The notes below the pieces were generated by a model. That model was given only the letters and a program-made list of their open reading frames with translations. It did not search any database and was not told the DNA's origin. 64,000 nucleotides of DNA, taken from NCBI GenBank assembly GCA_039096225.1, contig JBBPEB010000011.1:372001-436000 (forward strand), written 5' to 3'. A program made the translations under genes and the position numbers. This DNA is from Blastocystis sp. Blastoise. Taxonomy: Eukaryota; Protista; Bigyra: Opalinata. Shown one piece after another: positions 1 to 18,943 of this stretch (position 1 is the stretch's first letter; each line of letters starts with the position of its first letter).

Positions 1-567
1 ATGATATCCTCTTGATGCTTTGGATTCTGAACATCAGCAAGTTCACTTAATAAATGTCGAATATCAATTGTTGCTAATCTATAGATATTTATAAAAATAT
101 ATCGTTTTTTATATATGTAATGCAATTTTTAGAATAAAAATAATAAGAATAATAGTTTAAAATATCATATACGCAATTGAATCAATCTTTGCCTTCAAGT
201 TTTTTATTTTATCCATATCCTTCGCAAAGAGATTTTCATCTTGACTATAAAAAACATTTAAATAATAATTTTAAATAAAAAAAAGTCAAATGGATAAAGA
301 ATAGAAATATAAACTTTATTTTTATACATATTTTCTAACGGTTTTGTTGTATTATCATTACTAAATATATTTTTAATGCTATCAACGACATTTCGTATTG
401 ATTCATTCTTCTGCACGTTTTTCTCATTATTTAAGGGTTTATTTTTCTTGGACGACGATAATTGATCTGGTGTCACCAATTGAATCTCTTTGCTCTTAGA
501 CTTTTTAGATTGCCCAATAGCTTAACGATCAATTAACATATAGTGTTTAAATAATACGTGTGTTCAT
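1..567 (-). CDS. 5' part of a spliced gene of unknown function (runs off the window start)
   Basis: GT-AG introns join MNTPIGQSKKSKSKEIQLVTPDQ...LENIQDENLFAKDMDKIKNLKAKIDSIALATIDIRHLLSELADVQ in frame; no family recognised. Confidence 0.6.
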
Positions 568-912
568 TATAATTTTGGGATTCTATTTCTTATCGATATT
601 CTCTTTAGTATTAATGTATGTAATGAAAAAATTTTTTTAAAGATATTGTTAAGTTTTTATCCTAAAAGTGAATAAACGAAGATGTTCATTCTTGACTGTT
701 TCAAGAAATGATAGGGATCTATCATAAATATATATTTTGGATATGTTGTAGATACAAAATCCTTCTTTATTAGTGCTTATTATCAAAAATGAAATTGTGA
801 TTAACAAACAATTTTTAATAAACAATAATTAAAACATAAATGAAAGCATATTACATTTAATAGCAATTTAAAGATAGAGAATAATTAATTATAAAATATT
901 AAATAAAAAAAT

Positions 913-2040
913 TTATAATAAATATTTGGAATGAACAATTTGAAGTATGGGATTACATTTATAAATAGTCATATAGGGATCATTTGTGGCAATTTTGACT
1001 GTATGAATAGTATGAAGAGTAGAATTACCACCACGTTGATAAATAGGGAAGAAAGGATCTGAATTATCACCTAAAATCAATAAAGCATCTTCAAAAGTTT
1101 TTGCAGGCATCATTTGAGCAGCTCTCTTTTCTCTATAAAAAGAGGATGCATCATAAGTATCTTGAACATGAATTAAATCAAACATATTAGCATGGAAATG
1201 AGGATGACCAGGAGAAGGGTAAAAATAACCTCTCTATTTATATATAATTTTATATATTTATTAATACTAGAATAAATAAAAATAAATATATAAATAAAAT
1301 AATAAGAATAAAAAGAATATATATACTCTTTTAAAAGGAGCTATTTCAAGATCTACAGCTTCTTTATGTTTTATATTCATAATTTGATAATTATGTCCTA
1401 CGAAATGAGGTGTTGATGTTATACGTTCTAAAGCATCTTCAAAAGATTGACTGTCTAATAACTATAGAAAGAATCACTTTTATATACTTATAATATTATA
1501 ATATTTCTATTCTAGACTATAAAAGCGATATAGAACTATAGATAAACATACATATCGTGCAATAAAATTTCTACTATACCCGTTAATATCTATATATATA
1601 TAAACATAATAGTTTTTATTTAATAAGTGTAAAACATACCATAATCATCAGAATGTAAATAATTCATAGTAAATGCAATATTCTTGTTCTTTCCAAAAGC
1701 TAGAATAATAATAGTTTTAATTAATAATATGAATAATAACAATGATATCTATTTATTCTTATAACTATATACAAGCAGTAGGAAGGACACCAACATAAGT
1801 ATAACTTGTAAAATCAGATACAATTGTATTATCTATATTTTAGAAAAACCATAATATATATATAATAATATATAATTATAGAACACATATAGTAAACTAT
1901 ATATATACTAATAAAAATCTTTTGTGTAAGAACTAATGTATTTCCTGCATCCTCGATAGCTCCATCTTCATTATGTACTAATATATCTATATGTATATAT
2001 ATTGTAAACTTATAAACATTTATATTTTATTTAAAAAAAC

Positions 2041-2095
<55 letters not shown>

Positions 2096-2765
2096 TCTCA
2101 GATAATAATAATAATCATTATATATATTCATTATCTTCATTTATAAGTACATCTGAACAATGATCTATTCTCTTATAATCATGATTATCTGCAAGATAAG
2201 AAAACTCCTCAGAGAGTGTATATAGAAAAACATATTCAAAAGGAATGTCCATACCATCAGAAATACCGTGTAATTCTTCTATATACTCAGGAAAACGATC
2301 AATCTATATATATAAGTTATTATTCTTATTATTAATGAAAGCCATATATAATTTAATTCTAATTTAGTATATTTACAAGTTATCTTTAATTAATAAATAT
2401 AAAAAAAATATATATACATGTCTATTTAAGATTTGTTTGAATAATTCTTGGCCTTTAGAAGTAGTATACCAAGGAATGATAATATTATTTAAATTATAAT
2501 CAGAAGTATATCGTTTATGAGCGAGGGAAGCTACAGTCTTCCCGTGCTATTATAATGATAATTAGTAAATAAATAAATAAAAAAAATATACTTCATATCC
2601 AGCCTTGTAATAACTGTCCTTTACAACATTGACATCGATATAATCGTAACAAACAGATGGTAAACTACAAGAAATGAACTTCGAGAGAATAAAAACTTAC
2701 GATTCCCTTGCTAAGGAGATATTCAATAAGTTTATAGCAATGAAGAAATATATTAAAACACTCAT
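913..2765 (-). CDS. Peptidase C45 family Ntn-hydrolase (isopenicillin N acyltransferase / Tan-like amidase), multi-exon, probable signal peptide
   Basis: Spliced exons give GYE-HGK, RFPEYIEELHGISDG, DH-CSD (putative autocleavage Cys), LVHNEDG and C-terminal TLHT; N-terminus MSVLIYFFIAINLLNISLA is hydrophobic. Confidence 0.8.
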
Positions 2766-3377
2766 AATAGTCTTTAGATTACAATATAGAGTAAAAGATT
2801 ATATATGGGATATAATAAACAGGAGAAACTATCCTAATTTCCAAACCGAATTCGTGTCAGTTAACTTTTTTATTTATTGGATTATTGTTTATAGAACTGT
2901 ATTTCATTGGCTTACTTATCTAAAAGAGAACTTTGGACGAATCAAGAAGATTTTCTTTCTATCATTTCTCAACCATCCATTTTATGGGGTTTTTCTTTGG
3001 AAGATTCGAAATGGTTGTGTTTTCTATTATTGTGTTTCATAAAGAAGTTTTATATACTATTTCCTTTTAAATGGATTAAAATGAAACGAAACTATTTTAT
3101 AAAATTTATAATTATTTTTCTTGATAGCAAATCATTCATAAGACGAAATAGTAGTATCATATAAAGTGTTTAACATGTAGAAATTAAAAAAAATATGTGT
3201 TCAATTACGGTTCTTCAGAAAATAAAAATAAAAAATAGATAGATAATAAAAATAATTAGATAATAAAAATAAATAAATAAATAAAAAAAAGATAGATAAA
3301 AATAAAACAATAATTTTATAATAAAAATAAGAAAATGTGATCAAGAAAAATATAAAAATATAAAAACAACAAATAAA

Positions 3378-6300
3378 TTAAAATAGCAAAGAGACGATAA
3401 ATACTCCAAAAAAGAGCATGATCATGAAAAGTGCATGAGGAAGAAAAAGTCTCCATATAGCAAAGTGATATAGATTGACGAAACAGCTGATAATATTGAT
3501 AAGTAACGATAAAATACTAGCTATAAATAACCCTTCAAAGATAGATTGCTTTTGATTGAGATTTGATATTAATAATATGAATGGTATCATGATAAATAGT
3601 GGATAAAATGTATTAAGATACATAGATATTCCTTGAACAAACATGTTTAATTTATGCATAAAGAGGAATGAAGCATCAATATGTAATGAGGATAAAGATA
3701 ATGAATTGAGATTTATATAGATATTCAAATAAAGAATAATGAAGAGTAAATAAGGAATAGTATATCGATATAAAAGAGGAAGAGAATTCACTTGAATTCT
3801 ATAATATATATATATAGTTAATATGTTATGAGTACTATAGGGATAAACATAGAATTATAAACAAAAATTAAAAAATTATAAGAAATAATGAATATATGAT
3901 TATAAGAAATAATAAATATATTTATGTAATATAGATAATTCAGGTAAAAATATAGAAATAGATAAAAAATAATAATAAGAATATATATACGTTAATAATG
4001 TGACTGTAGTAAGTTGAGTGATAAGAAGGAGAAGAAGAAATGGCGATGAAGGACCAAGAATAAGAAGGAATAGAGGAATAATAGAGAGTATAGAATGTAT
4101 ATAATAAGGGAAAGAATATAGAAGAGAATTGAATGAAGAATATTCTTTTTGTAAAGAAGAAGAGGGAGATTGAATAGATTGTATAGAGACAGTAGATGTA
4201 TGAAGAGATATAGTTCTTGTAGAATAAGAAATAGAAAGATAATTATGAGTAATATATATATATAATAATGATAAGAGTGTAAATAATAATAGAGTAATAG
4301 GTATAGAAGACAGATTGATAGATAGATTCATATATTTATAATACCAATAACAATAGAGTATACTATATTGAAGTCCTAGAAGAGAAAAGGATATAAAAGA
4401 AAATGGCTTTTGTATATAAAGATAGATATATATAAAAGAGAGAAGAGGATAGAAGAGAAGAAGAAGAAGATAACAATAGAAATAATGAGAATCATAAATA
4501 GGAACTTCTTGAGATTGAAAAGGAACATAAGAATAAGCAAGTGTAGAGAGTATAAACAGGAGGCAAGGAACAGAAACTCTATATATAGATAAAAAGATAA
4601 TAAAATAATAAAAAAATAGAAAAAAATAATAAAATAATTAATAATAAAATAATAAAAAGATAAACAATAATAAAAAATAAATAATAAATAAAAAACAAAA
4701 AACAAAAAACAAAAAGATAAAAGATAAAAAATTAAAATAAAAAATAAAAAATAAAAACTATTCTATGAACATATATGAAAGAGAGAAATAAACATTGAAA
4801 AAAACACATATCATCATAGAATAGAAAGATTAATAGAACAAGAATAATAAAAAAAATCTAATTATTATAATCTATAGATACTTTTTATATATAAGTATAT
4901 CTTTATAGATATAAAGAATAAGAGCAGTAAGTGATGCTAATAGAATAACAGGAAGAGGAGAAAGCATTGTATAATAAGCTGCATGAATACATATAAAGAG
5001 AGCAATTCCCACGATTATTATAGGGATATCGAAGCTAAGTGGAAGTGTGAAGAGCATGGTGAATAGTGCTTTTAGAAGATAATAATATTTATCAATATTA
5101 TATATAAATAATGAGAAGAGAATAGAATAACGATAGGGTATAGCAAATAGAAGTTGAAGAAGACTACCTATGTATATACCTAAGAAGAATGAGGAAAAGA
5201 GTTCTAATTTGATTTCATACGAAGTATAACAATAGGGAGAAAGTAGAGGATTCTCATGTTCAAAGACATACCATATATAGAGTAATATGTATTTTATAAA
5301 TAGAAGAATAGAGAGAAAGAGAAGAAGAATATCATAATGTTGACTATTACTGACATAATGATCGATATCCGTTAATAATAATACTCCTTGTTGATATATT
5401 TGAAACTCTTTTTCTTTTTCTAGTGGATTCTCTGGAGTTTGAAGTATATAGTTATCAAATGATATTGAAGAATTCGTAGATATAGAATAGGATTGTTCAA
5501 GATTATGATAATAAAGAGAAATATTATATTTATATTGTTCTAGTTGTTGTTTAATAGATAATATTTCATTGTTTCTCTTTGAATCAAATATTCCTTGTTC
5601 TTTAAGAAATCGTTGTTCACTTGCTAATTGCCGAAGAAGAGGAGGAAGGAGAGAAGAAGAAGGAGACAAAAGCTGAAGAATAGGTATAGATATTGAAGAG
5701 TATAGAGGAGGAAGAGATAGAAGAGAAGACATCATATTTGCTATATCTTTCATCTTATATTCAGATGGCTATAGAAATAATATTGATAAATATATGTATT
5801 TAGATATAGATAAATGTTTAGATATATTTAAAGATAAGGAAAAATGAAATATTGTTAATGAAAAAAAATATATAGTGATTATAAATATATATAATATATA
5901 TAAGAAGCATTGACAATCATATATGTATAAATAATTATTATTCTTATATAATAATAAAGAGTACATACTCCTTCTTTTCGTAAGCTATTCTTCTTATTCG
6001 TATATACACATAATCCAGTTTTTCGTTCATCTTCTTCACCACCTCCATGAGACCCTCTTTCCGTTAATCCATGATCCCCCATAACCAATAAAATAGAGTC
6101 TTTCGGAAGTGTATTAATTGTGTCTTGCAAAGCATGCTTCAAGTGAACTAACCCTTTATGTACCTCAGGATGTGAGGGATTACTTGTACTGTATTTATGT
6201 CCTGCATGATCTAAAGATAACATATGTAATATTAAAATATCCCATTGATAATCGTGAGAATCTGTAGATAATGAATGCGAATTTGACTGATTATTATCTG

Positions 6301-7104
6301 AGATATTATTATCTGAGATATTATTATTCTTATTATTCTTATTATGAATATGATCATAAAGGAAATCATACATGGGTTGTTCGTCATATTCATGTATATT
6401 AAAGGAATCATCTGTGATCATTATATTTGAATATGAAGTATTATATAATGTATACCAAACATCATCACCTACAAAGTCAATTCTATATATTAATAACAAA
6501 TAATAAACTCAAATATATATAAAATATATAAAATTATAAGTATACGAGTAATTATGAAGAGAAGCTTGAGAAACCCAATTATCAATAACAGAACCTTTAA
6601 TGTCACCAAAACTAGAAGCTAATTCAAGAAAATGGCTGATAGACCCCGTTGTCATAGATTTCACACCTTCATATGTAGTTGTTGGTGTATTTGCATAGAC
6701 ATCCACACAAAATGTATTGTTTGGATACTTATTTAAGTATTCGTTAAACACAGGCTTGTAACTATCATTATCCTTATAACGGTTTCCATAAAGAAGATCG
6801 GACCGAATTCCATCTTCAATATAAAAAATAACTTTTTCATAATTGCGAGATTTAGAGCAAGAACATTTCATAAAAGACACATTGTAATAAGATCTCAAAT
6901 CATCGGAACATCGACTAAAAGTATTATTTCTTTTTCTATATACATCATTAATTTGATAAATACAAAAAACCATACCCTATTATCATAATACCACTTAAAT
7001 AGATCAGTATAATTGATAGCAATACTGTGGATATCAAAATTTTGTCTATATAGAAGCTCATTAAGGAATAAACACAAGAAATAATTATAAAAATTAAAAG
7101 TCAT
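3378..7104 (-). CDS. GPI ethanolamine phosphate transferase (PIG-O/GPI13 or PIG-G family), multi-exon
   Basis: Alkaline-phosphatase-superfamily motifs IEDGIRSD, PTTT, FVGDDVW, LHMLSLDHAGH, VMGDHG, SHGG followed by many transmembrane segments; start uncertain. Confidence 0.85.
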
Positions 7105-7365
7105 TTTTCTCCAAATGAATAAGAGTTCTCTTTTTTTTCAAAAGGATCATTATTCGTTCTTCTTTTAAGTAGTATTTAATCATATATCTGGGATCCTAAA
7201 CATCTAATCCATTTTCATACTATAAAATAACTCGTCGTTAACAAAAAGTAAAAGAATTGATGTACATGCAATTCGTTGAGTCAACAAAACAATGCATTTA
7301 TTATATTTATTTATCATTTATAGAGCCAGGCAAATAAAAATAAAGAAGTAATTTTTTCAATTCTA

Positions 7366-8566
7366 TCAATACTTTTTATCTGGTTTGAATAAATCCATCT
7401 TGTATTGTTTATATTCGTAATCAAGTTGTTGAAGAAGTTCTTTCTTAGCTTCAAGAATCTTTCTATTATTAGCAATAATATCATCAAGCTTTTGAGTCTC
7501 ATTAGCATAGAATTTCTTGGCTTCTTCAACGTTTTCTGAAGATTCTTGAGCTTCACGCATCAGATCAGCAACAAGTTGTCTTTGTTCAGGAGTATCATAC
7601 TTCTTTCTAAATTCGTCAGCCATCTTTGTCAAATGTTGTAATTGCTCTTCTAATTGCTTGTTACCTTCAACTTCCTTCATCTATATATATATAATTAATA
7701 TTATCTATATTCGAAATAAAGAAGATTATGATTTAATAATAATATTATTAAGAACTAGAAATAATAATTGTGTTTGAAGAAAGAATAAATGAAATGAAAT
7801 GAAATAAAAGAATAAAATATCTGAAATAAATAAAAGAATAAAATAATAAAAGAATAAAATATATGAAATAAATAAAATATATAAAATAAACAAAATAATA
7901 ATCCTATGAATGATAATTATATACTTGAAGCAGTTCTTCGTAATGTTGTTTCATATCTAACAAATTTTGAGAATTCATATTAACTACATTAGCGCATTGT
8001 CTACATAGAAAAGCATTGTCTTTATTCTTCAAAAGTCTTTCCTTCTTATCTTTAAGATTATTGATTTCTCTTATTTGATTATTCACAGCCATTTGTAATT
8101 CAAATCGTTCAGATCGTTCTTCATCACTGATTGTCTTACGTGAGTTAAGTTTCTCTTCAGCCTGACAAATAGCTTCTTGGAGATCTTTATTTTTCTGTTG
8201 AAGATCTGCAAGTCTTCGTTTTAATCGATCAGGATTACAAAATTTTTGTTTAAATTCTATCTTCTTTTCAAGATCAGCAAGAAGACGATCTTGTTCTTTG
8301 ATCATAATTTGATAATCAATTTTCATAGCTAAAATCTCACCTTTTGCAGCTCTTTGTAAATCCATTACGGCTTCTCGTTTTCTTTTTTCAAATTCGTTTC
8401 TTAATTTCTCAAGAGCTTCATCACGTTCATCAGCACAAACTTCATTTACTTCAAGCTCCATATTAAATAATCTCTTTTTATAATCTTCATCTTCTTCTTC
8501 CATTAATTTTGCATATCTTTCTTTTTGTCTTGCCATATCAGCCTTAAGTGATTCTACAGTATCCAT
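7366..8566 (-). CDS. Long coiled-coil protein of unknown function (2 exons)
   Basis: ORFs 7904-8578 and 7366-7680 are E/K/L/Q-rich heptad-like and are joined in frame by a GT-AG intron (about 7681-7925). Confidence 0.7.
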
Positions 8567-9180
8567 TGCTTCGTACACTCAATAATTAAATGATATTTAC
8601 TGTCTTATATAAAAATAAAAGTATGAAAAACTTTTATTAAAAACACAGTTTTCAAATCAATCAAATGGTTTGATACTATTGATTGGTGTTCTTTTGAACA
8701 CATCATGTGATATTCAAAATATCTTTTTGTTTTCTATATCTATTTTATGATAGCTTTTATGGTTTCAACAAGGTCTATTTATTTGATATATTCCATATTG
8801 TTTTAACTTTATATTTAAAAAAAAATGGTACTATGTAAAGAGCTGTAGATAATCATTGATAAAATGGGGTTATTTAAAAGAAAATTGACTAGAATAATTA
8901 GTATGAGTATATTTATTGTGAAATTGAGTAAATGAGATTTACTCTTTATGAGTAATCAGTTCAAACAACATTTTAGAAAAAAAGAGAATGTAATGTTGAA
9001 ATGATTAAAAAAATAACAAACTTATTTACAATATAATTCAAAGCATCAAAAGAAAAAGCAAAATAAAAATAAATAGAATAATATTATATATATGAAAATC
9101 GAAATAATCTATAAATTTATGAATAATAATGTTACTATTATAATAAATACCATCATGTATATAAAAATTATCATTTTTTT

Positions 9181-10021
9181 TTACTTGAAATATGTCTTTA
9201 TCATGTCTATAAGAATTGGATTCAATCTTTTTCTACTGTATTCAATATTATATTCATATATAATAGGATTTGATGAACTATATATATGTATTTACATTAA
9301 ATAAAATATTAAATATGTATATAAATATATAAATATATTAAATATGTATATAAATATATAAATATAAATATAAAAATAAACTGATTTAAACACATACATT
9401 TCTTTACATTGTAATAATCGATTTTGGAGAATAAGTGAATGAATAGGAGTAGAAATAACTATATATATTTACTAAATGAAGAGTATATAAAGAATACTTT
9501 GTTGAAGTAAATTAGTATATTGTGTATTATAGAGAATAGAGAGATGTCTAGCTTTTGGCTCATCAGTGATATCAGTTAATATTAAGAAATAAATAGTATT
9601 CCGAGACATGAAATCTATATATATATATATATATATATAATTATGACATCAAGAGAGATAATAATAGAAAGTATATAATACTAAAAAAAAATTGTATATT
9701 ATTTTTAATATTTAAAATAGATACTAATTAAGTATATATATATATATATAGATTACCTTGACATGCTTTAAGAACCATAGGTTTCTTATAGAATTGAGAG
9801 ATCGAAATAGGAAGAGAAGACCAACCATAGGGACATGAATCTATATATATATATAATTAAATAGATTTAATGAATAATTAGGTATATAAGAATAAAATAT
9901 ATAATAATAAAAGATAATAGTAATAATATACTGTTTGAATTTTTTGAAACAGAAAATAATTTAAAGTCATATCTAAGAATAACATATATTGAATAACTGG
10001 TTTTGTTAATATTAATAATAA

Positions 10022-10117
<96 letters not shown>

Positions 10118-10699
10118 TTAATATAATAATAATAATAATAATAAATACGTTAATATTAATAATAATAATAATAATATATACTTGAGTAGTTGAAGTGCAG
10201 TCATAGAGGAGAGATAGGATTGATCATTCTTTTTATTATATATAAACGTATACATTGATTCTCTAGTAAATGAAGTATCAATATAGCGCTGTAATACAGA
10301 TAATACATATAAATCTAGATCAGTACCTCTTTTTAAAGAAGGATCGAAATTAATAGCATCCAATAATATCACACCTATCAATATATACTATTTTAAACAT
10401 ATATATATATATAATATTAAAAAGTTATAAATAAAGAATAAAGAATAAATATGATATAAATAATATATAATTATATAAAGGAATACTAGATAAAAAATAG
10501 CCTATTGTTTTTATATCAATATCCACATTTTGAATTGGTTTCCAATTCTCTGCTTTCATGACGTTATGTTCTGTTATGGATCGTTGAATACACGTATCAA
10601 TAGGTGAATAATCAGTAAAGGGATGGGTAGAGAGATATTGATTAATATATTTATATCCAATTAACGTACAACAAGAAGCTACACCACGATCTATATATA

Positions 10700-10773
<74 letters not shown>

Positions 10774-10877
10774 CATAAAGATACCTTCATTTCTATTAAA
10801 AGAAATTAATCGATTATTTCTCTCAATAGAAGGATATAAGCCAATATCTTTACGATGATCTAATATATCTACAATAT

Positions 10878-10918
<41 letters not shown>

Positions 10919-11525
10919 CACTAATATATATATATACATTTGAATAATTCTCCATAAGTTTTGTTAATACATTATGATCTACAAGACTTAAACGAAGACG
11001 ATCTAAAATACAATAAAAACAATAAAAATAAAAAAAAATATTAAAATAATTAAAAAAAAACAATAAACAAAATAAACAAAATAAAAATAATAAACATAGC
11101 AAAGAATACTTTCATTGTGTAATTTTTTCATATCGACATCATATATAGAAGCAATATGGTTTAAGTCAATTTCATATTGACTTAATAATGATGAGACTTC
11201 TGGCCTAAATATATAATCTTCTTTTTTTAATTGTATAATTGGAGCATAAACAATATTAGGATTGACATCAAACTAGATAAAAAAGTATGTATTATCGATA
11301 AATTCTGTAATAATATAATAAAAATACGTTAGATAAAAAGTATGAGTATGCTATTGAGCTAATAATACTATCTGCATCTGCTCCCTATTAAAAAAAAAAG
11401 ATTGATTGAAGTGATGAGCATGATACTTCATTACCAACAACAAAATGAACTATTCTAGTTGTAGATCTGATGATAGCCTTCAAATCACACGATATTCTAA
11501 GTATAAAATCCTTTAGTTCCAACAT
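9181..11525 (-). CDS. Exopolyphosphatase, Prune/PPX1 (DHH family), multi-exon
   Basis: Spliced motifs HFVVGNE-GADADSIISSIAYSY, LVDHN, ILDHRKD, GVASCCTLI, VILLDAINF and C-terminal SRKRLNPIL match Prune/PPX1. Confidence 0.85.
10016..10175. repeat. (AAT)n microsatellite in a Prune intron
   Basis: Directly visible. Confidence 0.9.
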
Positions 11526-11826
11526 AATAAACACTTTAAAAAATGTTAACATTTTTGTTTTAACGTATTCAACTACCTTTTTTCTAAATAGAATCAAAAA
11601 ATAAAAAATTTGTTTTAAAGCTAAATTAAAAACAAAACAAATATAGAGTTCACACAGACAGATTTTAAATAACTAGTTATGGATAAATTACAAAAATAGT
11701 TTATATAAAATATTCAATTAAGATACATAAAGAGAAAAAAATGAAAAAAATTCTTTTAAATTATTATTACTCAAACTACAAAATTTCTTTATATAGATAA
11801 AATTAAATATTCTTATTAAGAAAAAT

Positions 11827-12741
11827 TTAATTCTTGAAATAAACATCCCACCATTGGTTAAGATAAGGCTTAGTCATTAAGACAATAAGGGCGTGAGGGG
11901 CACTTCTGCTCCAGAAAACCCAATAACCTTTCCAGAACTTAAGGAAACCTTCATTCTTGAAAATCTTGGTAGTACAATCAACAACACCCTTGTAAGGTAA
12001 TTCCTTAGTAACTGGATCAGGTTTCATGTTCATAATACGAACCTTTAATAATTCAAAAGGCATAGTAGTGAAAGAACAGACTAAACCAGAGAAACAAGAA
12101 GAAAGGAAAGTAGTCCAAATATTATAACCGAATTTAGCACCAAGATATTCTCTACAAGAATCATAAGAGACCATCATACCAGTGTTCATAGCAATACCAC
12201 GAAGAACAATAGGAAGAGAACCTCTCCATAAAGTAGCGAAACCTTCTTCCTTAACAATTCTAGCTAAAGCAGTGAAAATATTAGAATAACCACGACGTTC
12301 AGCAACAGGTAAAGCAGCATCAGCTTGCATACGGACAAGAGATAAATCACAAGGATTACCGATGACAGCAGCAATAGCACCAGAAAGCATACCAGCACCA
12401 GTCTTAGCACCAAAAGAAATAGTACTAGTACCATTTCTAGACTTAATGTTATCACAGAACATATCATAAAGACCTAAACGAGCAGTACCGTAAATGACTT
12501 GTCTCATGATAGCAGCAGAGGCACCTTTATAGAAACCCTTGTAACCACTTTGAGACTTAATGTTCTTAGCACATTGAGCGAAACCAGGAGCTTTACCATC
12601 AACAGGCTTAGCAACTTGAATTTGAGTCTTGATGACATCAAGAGGGAAAACGCACATAGTAGCGAAAACAGCAGCAGTACCACCACAAAGATGGGGCTTG
12701 AAGATTTGATTTATAGCCTTCTTTTTACCGTCCTTAGCCAT
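11827..12741 (-). CDS. Mitochondrial carrier, 2-oxoglutarate/malate (dicarboxylate) subtype; intronless
   Basis: 304 aa with three PxD/ExxKxR-type carrier repeats (PLDVIKTQ, PCDLSLVRMQAD, PFELLKVR) plus subtype motifs RQVIYGTARLGLY and ERRGYSNIFTALARIVKEEG. Confidence 0.93.
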   Translation of the reverse strand: MAKDGKKKAINQIFKPHLCGGTAAVFATMCVFPLDVIKTQIQVAKPVDGKAPGFAQCAKNIKSQSGYKGFYKGASAAIMRQVIYGTARLGLYDMFCDNIKSRNGTSTISFGAKTGAGMLSGAIAAVIGNPCDLSLVRMQADAALPVAERRGYSNIFTALARIVKEEGFATLWRGSLPIVLRGIAMNTGMMVSYDSCREYLGAKFGYNIWTTFLSSCFSGLVCSFTTMPFELLKVRIMNMKPDPVTKELPYKGVVDCTTKIFKNEGFLKFWKGYWVFWSRSAPHALIVLMTKPYLNQWWDVYFKN

Positions 12742-14699
12742 GATAGTATGATTACCAAAATATTAGATATAAAAATATATATAGAATTTAAGGAGATTTT
12801 TTTTTATGAATCCTACGAACAGCGCGTCACGTTTTATTTTTTGGTCCATAGAATTTAGAAAATCACAGCCATATTTGATTTCCAAGAATAAAAATTCAGT
12901 TTGAATAAGTGGTCCTCAAATATACCACGGTTATTCTCATTTTTTAGAAGATTCTTTAGAGTTCCATGACTTTTTAGGTGAATCGTTTTGATTCGCTACT
13001 TCCTTTTGAAAAGGATGCCTCAAGGTACCCTTGACTTTTCTTATGATTATTTATTTTAGGACATGTATTCTTTCTTTATTCTTTAGAATTATTGTTATAA
13101 AACAACTATTTTTCTGAAATGAATGATTTACTATGAAACTCATAAAATTGATATATTAACTCTTTTTAAATGCATTGTTCCTATTCATATAATTGATCAA
13201 AAATCCAATCATTGCTCGTTTCTCTCCTTTTCTAAGAAGTCTCTATATTATCAAAAGTGATTTTCTATCAATCTGAAATATTTAATAATGAATATTTCTA
13301 TTAAAACTCCATAAAATTATACACAAAACAACAAATAAATAAAATCAAAATGAGATTCCGTTCTTGAAATAGGTGCATAATATAGAAAGGGGCCCAATAT
13401 ATTATGGTAGGTTAACGTCATTTAATTAATGAAATGGATGATTTTCTTTAAGAACTGGAGAAATCATTCGTTTTTTCCACCTTTCATTTCCCTTCTTACA
13501 TTATTTACATGATCTTTTTTATTATTTCTTTATACTCGTAGCTATACCTTCCAAAACTATTAGCGTAAAGAAAAATATATGTAAATTCTCGAAGACTAGG
13601 AAAAATAAGGTCTTGGTTTGAAATGATGAACCAAATCGTTCTCTCCTGTCATCATTCAAAGATCCTAGACAACTCATAGAGAGCTTGACATTGCTTTTTT
13701 TCAAACTCATGTGCAATGGAACGGTTTTTGATTAATTCATATTTTTGCGACTTACTGAGAATCCACTGCTTATAAATATTATTAGGATGCTCTACACTTT
13801 TTTTCAGCAATATTTATTGTTTTTTTAAGAAAAGAAAATCATTTTTGCTTGAAATGGAGCCTTAGATTGTAAAATACTGCAGTATTTATTAGATTGGTAG
13901 TATCTAATGATTTAAGACTCGTAGATTTTTTGTGATATAATTGAATACAACTAATGCGAAATAATTATTATGCCCGCCATGGATATTAAAAGCAGTTAAA
14001 AATCACTGTAAATATTTATAATATTGATTTTATAAGATAAGAACTGATTTTTTAGATTCAATAAATAGAAAACACCTTATTTTTTCTAATTATAGATTTG
14101 TGTTCTCATTTATAAGTAATTGTTTTTTGTATATTCAAGTACTCCTTAGCTATATGATGCTTTATGAATGCTATGAAAGCGTATTTATGCTTTTATAAAC
14201 AAAGAAAACATATCATTTCACTGGAATTCATTTCCTGTTTAAAAATATTTGTTATATAAACGTTATTTTAGTTGTTTGATCAACGTCATTTACAAGAAAC
14301 AATTAGGTTTTAATATTAAATTGAAATATAACTAAATAAGAATTAAAAATATATAAGAGATAGAAACTATAAAAATTGCCATTAAATAACTAGTAGAATA
14401 AATACATATAAAGAAAAAGAGTCATCATTTAAAAAAATTCCCGAAATTGAATAGAAAAGAGAAAAATAAGGCAATTTGAGATTTAAAAAAATATAGATAA
14501 ACAACATAAAATGAATAATAGAATTATAAGAACAAAAGTCAGTATTTTATAGTATATTATAGATCCAAGAAATCTAAAATTATATTATTAATAAAGGAAA
14601 AGATAAACAAAATATTTTTCTAAAAGAATTCAATTATGAATGAAGTTTTATAATATGATTCATAATCTAACATACTAGAGAGTATATAGATAAATATAT

Positions 14700-18943
<4,244 letters not shown>

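Noticed and set aside
3802-3990. Apparent AT donor in the last PIG-O intron
   Set aside because: An in-phase canonical donor (TTAAC|GTATAT) exists upstream.
4380-4400. ATATCCTT motif as another U12 donor (likewise near 10830, 26126, 36241, 41761)
   Set aside because: These lie inside open coding frames (e.g. FISFS, LYPS, EYPF, GYP) with no need for an intron.
12499-12858. 119-aa plus-strand ORF (also 2674-3042, 21121-21387, 34085-34300)
   Set aside because: These are antisense or promoter-overlapping shadows of real minus-strand genes, with no recognisable motifs.
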